DNA from: Marsupella aquatica
Taxonomy: Eukaryota; Plantae; Marchantiophyta
Assembly: GCA_973895155.1 (NCBI GenBank)
Contig: OZ316898.1
Span: 4,030,480 to 4,094,479 of the forward strand
Length of the DNA stretch: 64,000 bases
Reading direction: 5' to 3'
Shown piece after piece: positions 35,744-48,002 of this stretch. Below the pieces are notes generated by a model. It was not told where the DNA came from, did no database searches, and was given only the letters and a program-made list of their open reading frames with translations. The position numbers and the translations under genes were made by a program. The first letter of the stretch is position 1; each line of letters starts with the position of its first letter.

Positions 35744-38700
35744 TACGGGGTTCAGTGAGTGTGGCTGTAGGATGTCTTGAAAATTTGGTGGGCAAGCCAA
35801 TGTCAAGTAGAAATCATCTATTTCCTGGCCTCTCCTGATCGTTTCATGCCACAAGCTGTCCGATAAGGAGCAGTAGATCTACTAAGTCGCGTCCAGCTTG
35901 ACTGCAAGCCGCGCACCATGAACCCGAACCCTGGCAGCATAAATTGTCGACCTCAATTCACGCATTTAGATCCATGGAGATCCTTACGGTGCTTTCACTC
36001 CAACTCCACTCCAAAGCGTGATCTCATCTAAACATGTCGTGATTGGAAATGGAGATTGGAACCGGACTTGGAAGACCATCGTCCTCGTCCAGTTTCCGAT
36101 TCTGTACTGAGCTGGAAAAGCAACTACTTTCCAGCAACTACTCAAAAGCGAACTTATTACTCTCAACAAAAGGAGCGCCAGTGAGATCTTGGTTCTCGGG
36201 CTCACTCATTCACTCTCCAGCTTCTGTAGCACTTTAGGGCATGAGACGAATGCTAATGCATTGAAGATGATGGCACATAGGACTATTGGAGGGACGTCAA
36301 AGCAGGGAGCTGGCCAGGCAGGGTTTCAGTGTAGGCCCTCCCAACAATACGATAGAAAAGGGCAGCTGATAACTACTACCCCACTATCCGTAGCTGCAGA
36401 GTTTGGCTGTGGGCCATGGTTGTCGTGCTTGGTGCGTCTCTGGTGCTCTCGCTCTAGACCGGAAGGGCCAAAGAATTCTCTATTTTTCGGTTCCATACTT
36501 TACATTTCTCAAGCACTCCGAGAACTAGTAAGTGTTCCTTTTGGCTGACATGGTTGTGACATTGTCTGCAACTTGAGAGAAAACTAAATTAATACACAGA
36601 TGTAGTACTAGTAATTTGGTTTTTGGTTTCGAGGTTTCAAAGGAGTTTAAAGTTTATCATGTAATTAGGGAAATGCTAAGTCCACCCCATGATTCTCCGA
36701 TTTACACCCAGATCCGGCAAGTTCAGAAGCTTTCAGATTTGGACACATCATCAAAATGGCATGGTTTATGCTTTCTTACATTTTGACACATCATCAAGTT
36801 GGGATGGTGCTGTTCGTGACTTTAGGTGGATATAGTGAAAGTGTGGGATGTAATTAACTTGTCGCAACCATCAAGGAGTACAAATTTTCTACTGGTTGAA
36901 AGACTTGTTACGAAACTAAAGAGAGAATCCGGAGGTAGATACAGAAGGACGAGGCAATCTAATGTTTACGTGATTAGTGCGACAAATCTTTGATTCTGTT
37001 TGCTGACTTATCCTTTCTTAAAAGCTTCTAGCATTTAAAGCTCGTCCATGTTCTTGATGCAGCTGGGGCTCCCCTGAGGTCAGAGCCTCAGAGGGAGGAC
37101 CTCTGATGCGCTTAGGACTTCCAAAAACGTGCATAGTTATTCCTGAGAAATACCGAGGTACACTGGTACAGATTAAAATAACGATGCAGAATTACAGTAG
37201 CACAGTTTAGGTGCTGCATGACATGAAGACCTTGGGTGGCGTAGGGGGGTGGGGGGCGGAGGTGAGTTGGCCCCAGGCGATCAGGCGATAGGCTGACGAT
37301 GATAAGCATCAATCACATGAAGGGTTCTTCTTGGGGAGGCCACCGACTTAATATAGTGGTTCGAAGACATCACATAAAAAAATTGGGGGATCATTTTCAC
37401 GCACTGGAGGTTTCGCAAAGGACATGCAGTCGAAAAGTGTAAGCCTGGCCTACTGGCCCACATCCCAGAAAAGAACCCAAAATTAAAAGTTTTTGATACT
37501 CAATCTTTCTTGCCTACAGCCTGCTGGACATACTTTTCCGTAAATGTGATTCTCAAGTCTATCGATTCATGGACTTGAGCTAACAGTCGGCAGATACAAT
37601 CACATGTGGAGATTGTACATCTAGAAAGCAACGACGGTCCTTGCCCAGAATCACTGACCGAGTAACTATCAAAAAATGAGTGCATGCAGCAAATAAAACA
37701 CAGATTAAAAGAAGTGCTATATTATATATATCACCTCAACAATTTCAATTTTACATCTCCAACCCCTTTCTCTGGACGGACAGATACATTGGTGCTAGTA
37801 CTAACATGTATTGTTTAGGTACTAGCACCAATGCTCCGATCAACGGTAGAAGGCTGATCTCAGATGTTTAGCAGACAACTCAAAAACTCCCCATGCAGGA
37901 AGCACGGATAGAGGAAACGAAGAATCCAATAACCAAAATCACAAATATACTTCTCTTTCATAAGAAGAAATGATACCACTGACTATCATCTGAAAGCGAC
38001 TGAAAGACTACAGGAATTTCCTGTAGATACAATTTTCAAAGACAACAACTCCGTTGGCTTGATTCACATTCACCAGTTGCCTCTACAACGCGAGTCAAGA
38101 AGGATTTCTTACCCACCTTCGAAATTAGCGACCACATCGTCAATATAAATATCAGGCGCTTGAAGTGCTTTGAACATCCCCTCTATTGATGATATTTACA
38201 ATAATACTGTTGAAAACTCGAATGCAGGTGAAGCAACCAACATTTGGATGTCAGTCTCTACTCACGATTCTAATGTCCCAATGACCATGAATATCATCAT
38301 ATGAGAGTCCCCTGTCTAAAAGAACGGATGGGTTGTGTCAAGGGTTTGATATAAAAACGTGGGGCTTATGTATACACCCGTCTGTCAATAAACTCCACGT
38401 CCTCTCTCCGTGGGCAAAAGACGAGCTTGTAGATAATCAAGCCAAAGAACAGTACGGTGAGGTTCAGATCCTCACACTGACACAAACACACCTCTATGGG
38501 GAAAAGTGGCTGACCTTACCCAAGGAAGAGAATTCGATATTTTGGCATTTGCCCTGCACCAGACTTGGCCTATAATAGTAATGTCTTGGTGTTGGGCCCA
38601 CTTCTCCTGCTCTGGAAGCTAGTGGCAGTCCATCAGGCAGTCGAATCCCGGAAATGGGATTCTGCTTTATGGAGAAACAAAAATCTGACCGAAATATTCA

Positions 38701-38839
38701 CGAGCACTCTCTTCCTCTCTCAATATATACACATGTGTACATATTCATATCCACACACATCTATAAGCATAAAATTGACAGTAGTGACCTAATTTGAAGG
38801 CTAAAACTGGATGAATACAATTTCTACATGAACACTCTT

Positions 38840-40231
38840 TCAATGACCGCTGGGAGGAAACAATGTGAGAACACGATGAGGTGGGGAGCCTGGGCCTGGC
38901 TGACTAGAGTGAGCATTCACCATGTGATCTCTGTGCTCTGTCACATATGGCTTTTCGCTGCCGTTTGGAGGCCTTTGAGAAGTAGTCCTTGGCAGTCCCA
39001 TACTGAACGGATGGTGCTCAAAACCTCCAAAATGATGTAAAGCCCCTATCCCCATTCCTCCTGGCCCCATTCCTCCCGGCCCCATTCCTCCCGGTCCCAT
39101 CACCCCCGGTGGCAATGTCCCTTGAGCTCTAGGAATTGGGGCTGCTGCTGGTGAAAAAGGAGGGCCAGAAGCACCATTCTCTGCTCTCGGATGATGATGA
39201 TTAGAGAAAAAATGTGGAGAGGTCAAATTTGGAGGCAGGGGAGTAGATGCGAACAGGGGATCAGAAGCTGAGGGACCCTCAGTGGATAGCCCTTGCATTC
39301 TCTTGAGATACAATCGATATTTTTGAAGATGGCTCGCAACATTCTCCCTTGTCAGACCCTCCACATTCATGAGTTGCATGATAGTCTTGGGTACGGCATT
39401 CTTGATTCCCAAATGACCCACAGCATCCACAAATCGCTTATGCAATTGAGGAGTCCACACCAAACGTGGTCGCTTCAAAGTTCTTGCTGCGCTCCCTTCT
39501 GGACCATCTGCCGAATCAACATCCTCAGACTCGTTGTCTGCTACCTTCCGAGACTTGTCGAGGCTCGCCCCCTTGCTCTCGGACCCTGTTTCCAACCCTC
39601 CATACCTACCTTGATCAGAACCTATCGGACCATACTGCCCTGGGCCTCCAGGCATCGCGCCCTGAGAACCTGGCCAATAAAAGCCTTGGCTGAGTTCAGG
39701 CCCTGAATTGCCATTCCCCATCACCCCAATTCCACCTCCACCGTCCCTCTCCTGCCCATTATCGCCTTCCCACCCCTCTTTCGCAAAGATGGGATTCTTG
39801 TTAGCCCTAGCAACACTCCTCTGTCCGGAATCATCTCTATTGGTCCTCCTAAGTGAGTCATACGCACCTCGATCCTCGTCCATGCCCTCCTCGAGACCAC
39901 CAAACAGCCGACCACCACCACCTCCTCCTCCTCCTCCTCCTCCCGCTGCTGCACCTCCCCCTCCACCTGCTGTCGCTTCATACGAGGAGTACTGATCGAA
40001 AGACGGAATAGCAAACGTGGGCGTTGCCTTCTGTTGCAACAACTGCAGAGTGGCCTGAGAGGCCTGAAGAACTTCTTCGGAGTTCGGATTCGACGTGGAG
40101 GGCGGAATGCAAAAAGCTCTTGCGAGCACTCGGGAGATGAGCGAATGCGAAAGAGGGGTCAGGTCCGCCGCGGATGGCAGCCCGTTCTCCCACTCCCGCA
40201 CCCGAAGATTGTCGTCATTGATCGCCGCCAT
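38840..40231 (-). CDS. LUX: LUX ARRHYTHMO/PCL1-like GARP (SHAQKYF-class MYB) circadian transcription factor
   Basis: N-terminal [21 protein letters not shown]; [68 protein letters not shown]; SDPLFASTP. Confidence 0.95.
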   Translation of the reverse strand: MAAINDDNLRVREWENGLPSAADLTPLSHSLISRVLARAFCIPPSTSNPNSEEVLQASQATLQLLQQKATPTFAIPSFDQYSSYEATAGGGGGAAAGGGGGGGGGGGRLFGGLEEGMDEDRGAYDSLRRTNRDDSGQRSVARANKNPIFAKEGWEGDNGQERDGGGGIGVMGNGNSGPELSQGFYWPGSQGAMPGGPGQYGPIGSDQGRYGGLETGSESKGASLDKSRKVADNESEDVDSADGPEGSAARTLKRPRLVWTPQLHKRFVDAVGHLGIKNAVPKTIMQLMNVEGLTRENVASHLQKYRLYLKRMQGLSTEGPSASDPLFASTPLPPNLTSPHFFSNHHHPRAENGASGPPFSPAAAPIPRAQGTLPPGVMGPGGMGPGGMGPGGMGIGALHHFGGFEHHPFSMGLPRTTSQRPPNGSEKPYVTEHRDHMVNAHSSQPGPGSPPHRVLTLFPPSGH

Positions 40232-43200
40232 AGTATCTCCCCAAAATCAAGAGCTCCCCTGGATCTCCACCGCGACTCCAAACACCAGATTCCAAACACA
40301 AACCCTCCCTCCTTCCCTCCTCTCAGTCCAGTCCCCTTCTCTCCTCCTCATGCAAAACCTGTCCACCACCAACAGAACTCCACACAAACGCCCCAGACTC
40401 GCCAACCATGCTGCTGCTACTGCGCTCCACACTCACTGCAACAATCTCAACCATTCGAAAAACTTACACCAAGATCGCCGCATTGCAAACCCTTCTCGCC
40501 AGCTTTCCCATCCGCAACAATCAACGAATCACTTCCGAACCGCAAACTCCATCATCTGCCTCGTCACCAGAAGAAACCAACACGACCTGGAACTCAGCAA
40601 CAACAACAACGATGACGACGACCAAATCCCATCAAACCAAATCGTCTTTCTCCTGTCTACCAACTAATTAAACAAGCATTTCTTCTCCTTCGTCATCGTC
40701 CTCTCTCCCCACCACCTTTTCCGGCAACTTTGTCAACTTGGCAAGTGGAACGAACCCCACCCGCCTCCCAGATTCACTACCGCTGCGGCTACTGCTTCTG
40801 CTGCTTCTGCTGCTGCAATCGTTCTATAGTCATCAGTGAGTTCGATCTATCGCAGAGCTCTCAGCTAGGCAGAGCTAAAATCTCGGATGCGATCCACGGC
40901 CGGGAGCAGGAATGGGAGGACCCGCCATGACCACTGTGCCATTTGGGGAGGGTGCAATTTCGGTGCTGCATTATTATTATTATTTCATCTCGACATCTTG
41001 ATTGACGAAAGTTACGTCTCAAAATCTCCCATAGCCAGCGGCGAATCGCCCACTTGACTTTTTTTGCCGCCGCGCCGGTGATTGATGAGAATGTGATCTT
41101 TGTACCGTGACTTTCTCTGCTACAGTAATCGTTTGGATTCTGTGGAGGTACGAGACGACTGTTCTCTTCCACATACGCCATGAACACCTCTAATCGCCCT
41201 ATCCACCTCTCGATTCTTCCTCGTCTACGTGTAGGGTAACCCATGGGCTAGAGGGGGCTATGGGCCTACTACCCCTTTAAACCTTATCTATCATCTACCT
41301 TCTTATGAAAGTTATAGCTCAAGTTTGTATTGCATTTTGTAAATCTTCCTACTAAATTAGCGAACAGAAGTTAGTTTTAGTGCTAAATTGTAAACATAAA
41401 CTAGAATTAGGGTCTAGGCTTCTAGAGTGAAGCCTCAAGACCATAAATCCAGGGCCCAACAAATGTATGCCCATGGAGAGCACAATAAGATGTATGGTTT
41501 GTCAAAATGATCATGCATGCTGTTTTGTGTTATCACTCTAATACTCTATTGTCATTCAAAGGCTTGTACTCTTAAGTTCACCCTTCACATATATTGCAAG
41601 TGGTACCATTACTTAAACTTCCATTGACTGAAGGGGGGAAATAAAAGTGAAGTGTGCCAAAACACAGACTCAAAGTTGATGACAGAACAATCAAAGGTTG
41701 GGGCCGGCAGTATGCATTGGGGACTGGGATGGGCAAGGTATGGTTCACCTAAGATGTTGGAGGGCATTAACTTTGCGGACATTTAAGGCAGGGTTCTATC
41801 ATTATAATCTAATTATTTGTGATCTAATTTTCATGAAGTACTCACTAGACTGAAGCCTTTTATCTATTCTATTCTATATAGTAGCACCTATATGAAACAG
41901 GTAGGCAGGGTGAGTCTCCAACAATGGCCCAAGGCCTTGAATGTCTCAGTCATCTTTAGTAAGAACAGAAATCTGAAGGGGGGTGCAGCCATGGGTTACC
42001 CAGCATAAACCCTCCTTGTGCATCTATGAGAAATTACAGCCTTGACCCGTATTAGTAATAAAGAGATTTAAATCATCAGCATCAAAGTGGGGGCATGCAG
42101 GAGGAGGAGAGGGGAGGTAAGTTCCATTGGTGTATACTCTTCCTGTTTTGTTTTTCCTTGTGAGTAGCTTTTCACTATTATTTGTCGATACCTCTGGCCC
42201 ACCTGGGGTATGCAACTCGGGTTCCTTTTGTAAATAGTGGAATAGTACTGACAGGATCTAGGCCCAAAATTCAGGGGTTGAGGCTTAGAGAAGTGGTTTT
42301 CCCAGGTGGGTTCCATTGGTGTAACCCCTTGTGTAATTTGTTGTTGGTAGCCAGGCATAAACTTACAGGGGAGTGTGGCATTGGCCTTCAAATAGAGTAA
42401 CTCTTTAATGTCCAAGAATCTTGAGCAAGATGTAAACCATTTCTGATGGTGCTGATTACCACAATGTGGTTACCATGAGAGCCTTTCGGAGAGGTGGGAG
42501 TGGGGTGGACTTTCATTACTAATTATAAATGGGGATGCATGATCGTGCATCCCCCTAGAGACTCCCAAACTCACTCTTGATCTCACTCTATGCAATTGGA
42601 GACACAACTGGATTGTCTGTTTGTTCAAAAATATGGTGATCGTGGTAGTGACTCCCTCCTAACTATGGTACGTATCAATTACCAATTACCGTAGTGGGGG
42701 CCTTGGGATTGCCTTAGGAGCATTGAGGGTGAACGTTTCATTATTTCTTCCTGGTTTTTGGAAAAGGGGGAATTGAGCACCAATATCCATAAAGAAAGAC
42801 AAAAGCCAAAAGCGGGCATAATTTCAAATTTTCCCTTCTTTATTCATAAATATCACATCGCCGCAAAACAAGAAGGGTTTAGCTGGGAGGTAGGATCCCA
42901 AAAGCATGAAACCCAACAGAGGGAAGTAAACAAGGGGGAGACTAGAGAGCCAAAAAGCTTCGGAGTCCCTAGCAGCAGCAAAAGGACTAAAGCCCATTGA
43001 GCAACAACTTGAAGCACCTGGTAAAGCTCTGGAATAAACTGTATAGCAGGGCTCTGAAATATGAATTTGTCTACAGCCCCTAAAATCAACAACCTCAACA
43101 ATGAATTTCTGAGCCCATGATGTTGCAACAGAGGCACGCCATCTAAAGAAGCCGGTGAAGACCCAAAAAAAGATATAAAATAAGGTGAAGACCCCAAACA

Positions 43201-43457
43201 TAATTCTCATTATTTTCCTTATCAAAAGAATTCTCATTTACTAGAAAACATACATATAGAATATTTGTATGAGGCTATAATCTATTTTAATTTAATCTTG
43301 TAAAAGTACAGAAATTAAATCAATAAATAAGAGAAGGCAACCCATAGGTCGGAGCAACTATAATATCTCACAGCAAGTGGCTAGCGGCCTGTAAACTTGA
43401 TTGAGTCTAATGATTTCCTCCACATGCTATCATAATTGATTCATATCTATTGTAGCA

Positions 43458-43490
43458 AGATATTTTGCCACAAACTAGGACAAAATATCT
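43458..43490. promoter_or_regulatory. Inverted pair of Evening Elements (AAAATATCT) upstream of LUX
   Basis: agatatttt at 43458-43466 and aaaatatct at 43482-43490, about 3.2 kb upstream of the LUX ATG. Confidence 0.35.
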
Positions 43491-44163
43491 GTCATGATAA
43501 CAATATTTATACTGATTTTCGAGTGAATTGCTTGGATTTAAAAGGTGCACTATAGCCATCAAATTATTTTCTAGTTATTCACGGGCTTACTAAGGATTGT
43601 TTGTAGTAGCTGCATCCAAAGGACCTTTAGCTCGATTAAACTCTCACTCGGCAACTCCTAAGGTTATCATGATTTTATTTGGCAGAGACTCTAGTTTCAT
43701 TACAACATCAAAATTCAAAAAATCTACGCTATTTAGAATTAGTGTGAAATCCTTCTTTAAGGATCAGAGTATTGTTAAACCACAACTGCCCTTCAAAAGC
43801 TACGGGTTACCTGTAGTTACCATTAAAAAGAGATTTTTCCTGAAATTGTGGAACAAACTAACATGCTAGAGAAGAACAATGATTGAAATATGGAAAAAGG
43901 GGAGATCTTGGACACTTCCCCTTATATAGGGCAAGTTGTGGTTTAAAGACTAGAACAAAATATTCATCCTCATAACAAAGTATTTCCTGTTATGTGAGTG
44001 CCTAGCTTGGATTTAAAAGGTTCAGTAGGGCCATCAGAGTGTAGTTTGAGCAAAAGTTATCAATGCAACAATTTTTTTTGGCAATTGTTTAATAGTCACC
44101 ATTCCACAACAACGCCTTAGAATTCCAACTTCCGGTAGTTAAGGGCAATATAAAAGAGGTTGT

Positions 44164-44499
44164 TAACCATATCAGTAATCAATCACTGATATCAGTTGAG
44201 TTCAGTATCCTCGCCTAGCTCGTACATCCCTTCAGCAGCCCTGCTGAGTCCCTTGGGCGACCCTCACCAATGTCCTTCAAACAATAGCGGCGTCAATACT
44301 CTAAATCCACAACTCAGCAACCTTGCTGAGTCACCTTGGGCGACATTCGGCGATCCTCACCGAGTCCTTTAAAAAATGATGGCTTCAGAGTCCACAACTC
44401 GGCAACCTCGCTGAATCATTTCCAATCCTATTTGTAATCACTGATATCTTGAACTGATACCTGATATCTTATATCTGTGAGGGCTACCTGATATGGTTA
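44164..44499. mobile_element. Putative MITE with 12-bp TIR and internal repeats
   Basis: taaccatatcag ... ctgatatggtta; internal repeated ctgatatc and ccttgggcgac motifs. Confidence 0.5.
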
Positions 44500-45899
44500 T
44501 GACACTCCAATATAACCCTGTAAATTTATCAAAGGACTAAATGTGGGTTAGTAAAGAAGTTTATCTGTGGGATTGTTTTACAGACGACACTAGTATTAGC
44601 AGTTGCTCGATAGCAACGATAACCCATAGACAGTGTACAAATGATTTAAAAAATATAGAGAAGAGAAAATTATGAACAAAGGAGCCAAGACGTGCAATGG
44701 CCTACTTTTGGAGTTTGTACGCTAGGGGGGTCTCATAATTTCCTTGAAAAAGTCAATTGATTGAGGAGGACTTGATAGGAGGTTCTTAAAAGTAAATAAA
44801 GGGTTGAAAAAGTAAGATGATTGGCTTAGATAGAATATAGGAATAGCATATAAGTAAAGTAAAGAGCTCTGGCAGGGTCTCATATGATAGAGATGTATAT
44901 ATTGAGTGTGAGACCATAGGAGTGCTTACTGATCAGTGGGCTTGTATTCTATCAAGATTGAGGTGCATTGGTGTTTTCATGAAGTTTTGGACATACAAAA
45001 GTTAATACTTCTAAGGATAAATACTAGTTAGAAAAAAAACACATGGGTGAACAACATTGCTCTGTAGTCCACATCAATCAAGGGGCAAACAGATTTATGG
45101 ACAGCATCCTTTTCTTTCAAGAACCAAATCAACATTGCAATATTGTGGGATATATATATATATGTAAAAGATAATATTTTTTTATCAAAAATTGATCTTG
45201 GAAGTGGATATTATAACTTAGATTTCCATGCAATCAATGAGCCTTAAGAACTCATGCCCAAAGAGGGTAAGCCCCTTCTTGTGATTAATTAAGTATACAC
45301 TTACCATACCCTATGCCTGAGTGTGTGTTGCGCACAAAAACTGTCATGTCCCCAACTTGTTGTTGCAACCATGCAGTCCTTGTGGCCATGCAATCATTGC
45401 GTCCATGTTGTTGAGTGTGCAAGTTTAGGGTGTGGGAATTAGTTGAAGGATACAAGTGGTCAATCAATCCGGGCCTCAATCCCCATTCTCCAGGTATAGC
45501 CCCCTTCTTGGCACAACACATGGTGACCTGGGTGACCTGTTAACCCCCCTACCAGGTGACTTCCTACAAGGCATCACCTTAATTTTAAAACTCACACATA
45601 ATAAAGCAACTTAAAAAAATTGCATTCAATACCCGTCACACACAACAGATGTGAGGCACATGACACATGGAGAAGTAGGGGCACGAGAGACAAGTTTCCC
45701 TGGCCATCAAACGGTAATGAAACTTGCTTTGTTAGTGGACTGCCACAATCAAATCCCACCGTGATTTTTTGTTTTCAAAAATAGACAACACCCAGGCAGA
45801 AAAATAGCCTAGTGCATGTTGGTACATTGTACAACTATCATATTGTCATTCATTGATGCAAGTTTAATGGTGCACACAACACAAAAGTATCAAGGTGGG

Positions 45900-46174
45900 G
45901 TGTATTCTTGCCCCCCCCCCCCCCCCACATCACCTGCTATGTAACTTGTAGGGTTGGTACACCCTAAACCGTAAGGAATGTCTTTTTATGCCTACTAATT
46001 TGGAATATTAAAAAAATGGTATAGCCACCCTATCTTTTCTTATAAGCCTCAAAATTGGATTTAAACTACCCTAATGTTGTTTACAAAAAATTGAGAGCCC
46101 TCCCTTGGAACCAATAAACTGACTCTGTTTCATCACACACAATGTACCATTTTCATGGAAGTGATACTCCCAAG
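45900..46174. mobile_element. Degenerate or partial MITE of the P-like family
   Basis: Interior (ttataagcctcaaaattggatttaaactaccctaatg) and right end (ggaagtgatactcccaag) resemble the 47677-47960 element. Confidence 0.55.
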
Positions 46175-46699
46175 GGAAAATTTCAGGCAAGGATTGTTGT
46201 TGTGACCCTGTGGTTGTAGGTGCAATGCAATACAAGGCTGTGCATTGAAGAAGAATGTCAAGATGCATAGGACAAAGATTGCAAGGTGAAGCACTTAAGT
46301 GTTGTGGTTTTGATTGCATTTTTTATGTAGCCACATTTATGGGTGCACATTCTCATTGTTTTAGTTGGGTAATTATTGTTGTAAAAATGTTATCATTTTA
46401 ATTGGTCAGTGTTGTTATGAAAGTGTTCTGGTTTTTTTTTTTGGGGGGGGGGGCATGATCATAGTCGCTTAGTCCAAAACATAGTTGCACAACAAAAGGG
46501 AGACTGTATTCATTGTTTTTCTCCTTTGTTTTGTTTTGTTTTGTTAATTTAATTTGACTTAACTTAACTTATAAATTATAATTAAATGTTTAAATTTTAT
46601 TATTGTATTCTGTTTTTCATTATTTCTCTTCATTCCCTTTATCCTAGGCAGGTGCGGGGCAACTGCAATTGGGCAGGCAAGTGAGGTAGGAGAAATACA

Positions 46700-47000
46700 A
46701 TGAATGGGCAGATGTGACTATTAAAGATTGCTCTTAGTCTTGTGACTCAAAGGTTACGGCAATTAGGTTGACCTCAGTTAGGGACTTAGCTGAGGTTAAG
46801 TTAGCCGTGTGTGACCTTGCATATACTAGGGCTAGTGTAAGCCGCTGGTATCTAGTGGTTGCTCATTTAACGAAGCAACTTGAGGAAGAGAAAGAGCCTA
46901 TGTGTTTGACTACTATGAAGTAAAGTTGTTGTGTTCGTGTGGATGTAGCCTTGGAGAAGAGGTTAACCACGTATGGATTGTGTCAACTACGTGTGCATGT
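46700..47000 (+). mobile_element. Copia-type LTR remnant
   Basis: gtgtggatgtagcc...ttaaccacgta motif typical of plant copia LTR U5 regions. Boundaries unclear. Confidence 0.35.
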
Positions 47001-47676
47001 GATGAGTCATGATCGTATCATCATGAAGGAATACGTAATAATTCAATAGTGACAACATAGAAGACCATCTTTGGTGAAATGCTCAGATTAATTTTCTGTT
47101 GTTATTCTCCTTTTTGTAAACAAACCATTCCCATTTTGACAGAATTGTTTATTATAACAATGTTTAATTTGATGTCGTAGATTGATATTGATAGCCATAA
47201 TTATAAACCAATCATAAAGAGTGCACCTTTCCAGAAAAACCTAAGCATGTATGTCTCTCACTCTTTGAACAGTTTGAAACTCTTAAATTAGCTTCTATAA
47301 TGATAGTGTCTAATGGTGGTAGTACCTTTCCTTGATATTGGTTGTTTCTTTCTTTCTATAGATCATTCTGGCTATAGATCCCAGGTTTGAATGAAATCTA
47401 TTAACTAGTGTTGTTGTAATCAATGAGTTTCTTGTAGAGGACTTCTTCAAACTTCTATAATCCATGAACACCTAGACCGTATATGCTTGATCGATGGACC
47501 GGTGTGAAACTTTGTGATAGTTTAGACCCTCATATATGAAAGCTTTGTTACAGTTTAGACCCCCATGAAACTTTGTTGTTAACACCCCCTTGAACACTTT
47601 TGTGTCACATATTCTTGTAGGGGTTCTTAAGTGTGACATTGGATACTAAATTGGACACTGTCTGAAAGCATTTGAG

Positions 47677-47960
47677 CTTGGGGGTCTCACTATATGGATG
47701 CCTTCCCATCACCTACGACGTTTTTAGGCCTCGGACCCCCCAAAATGTAAGAAAAAATATTATTTTTCAACCCCTATAAAGTTGGAATATTCTTGGAATT
47801 TGGTTATAAGGACCCTAATGTTCTTATAAGTCTCAAAATTTGATTAAAAAACCCTAATGTTCTTCTCAAAAAATTCTTAAATCTTCCATTTGAACTAATA
47901 AAATGACCCTATATTTCGTTGCATGTGATGTGTCATTTTTTTGAAAGTGAAACCCCCGAG
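47677..47960. mobile_element. MITE of the P-like family with a perfect 8-bp TSD
   Basis: catttgag | cttgggggtctcact ... agtgaaacccccgag | catttgag. The left end aligns with 55214 onward, and the interior resembles 63900-64000. Confidence 0.88.
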
Positions 47961-48002
47961 CATTTGAGCTACAAACTTGGGCACATTTGACTGTGTGCAC
48001 TC

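Noticed and set aside
37070-37105. Small GC-rich hairpin (cctgagg...cctcag) as a Helitron 3' end
   Set aside because: No clear CTRR terminus at the expected distance and no other Helitron evidence.
40034-40671. Long ORFs antisense to LUX and its 5' region
   Set aside because: Low-complexity shadow ORFs with no recognisable domain.
42024-43237. Short ORFs upstream of LUX
   Set aside because: No recognisable motifs; possibly decayed TE sequence, but this cannot be supported.
47667-47970. Apparent 12-bp TSD (agcatttgagct) around the MITE
   Set aside because: Comparison with the ends at 27853 and 55214 shows the TIR starts CYYGG, leaving an 8-bp TSD. The extra matches belong to the TIR or are coincidental.
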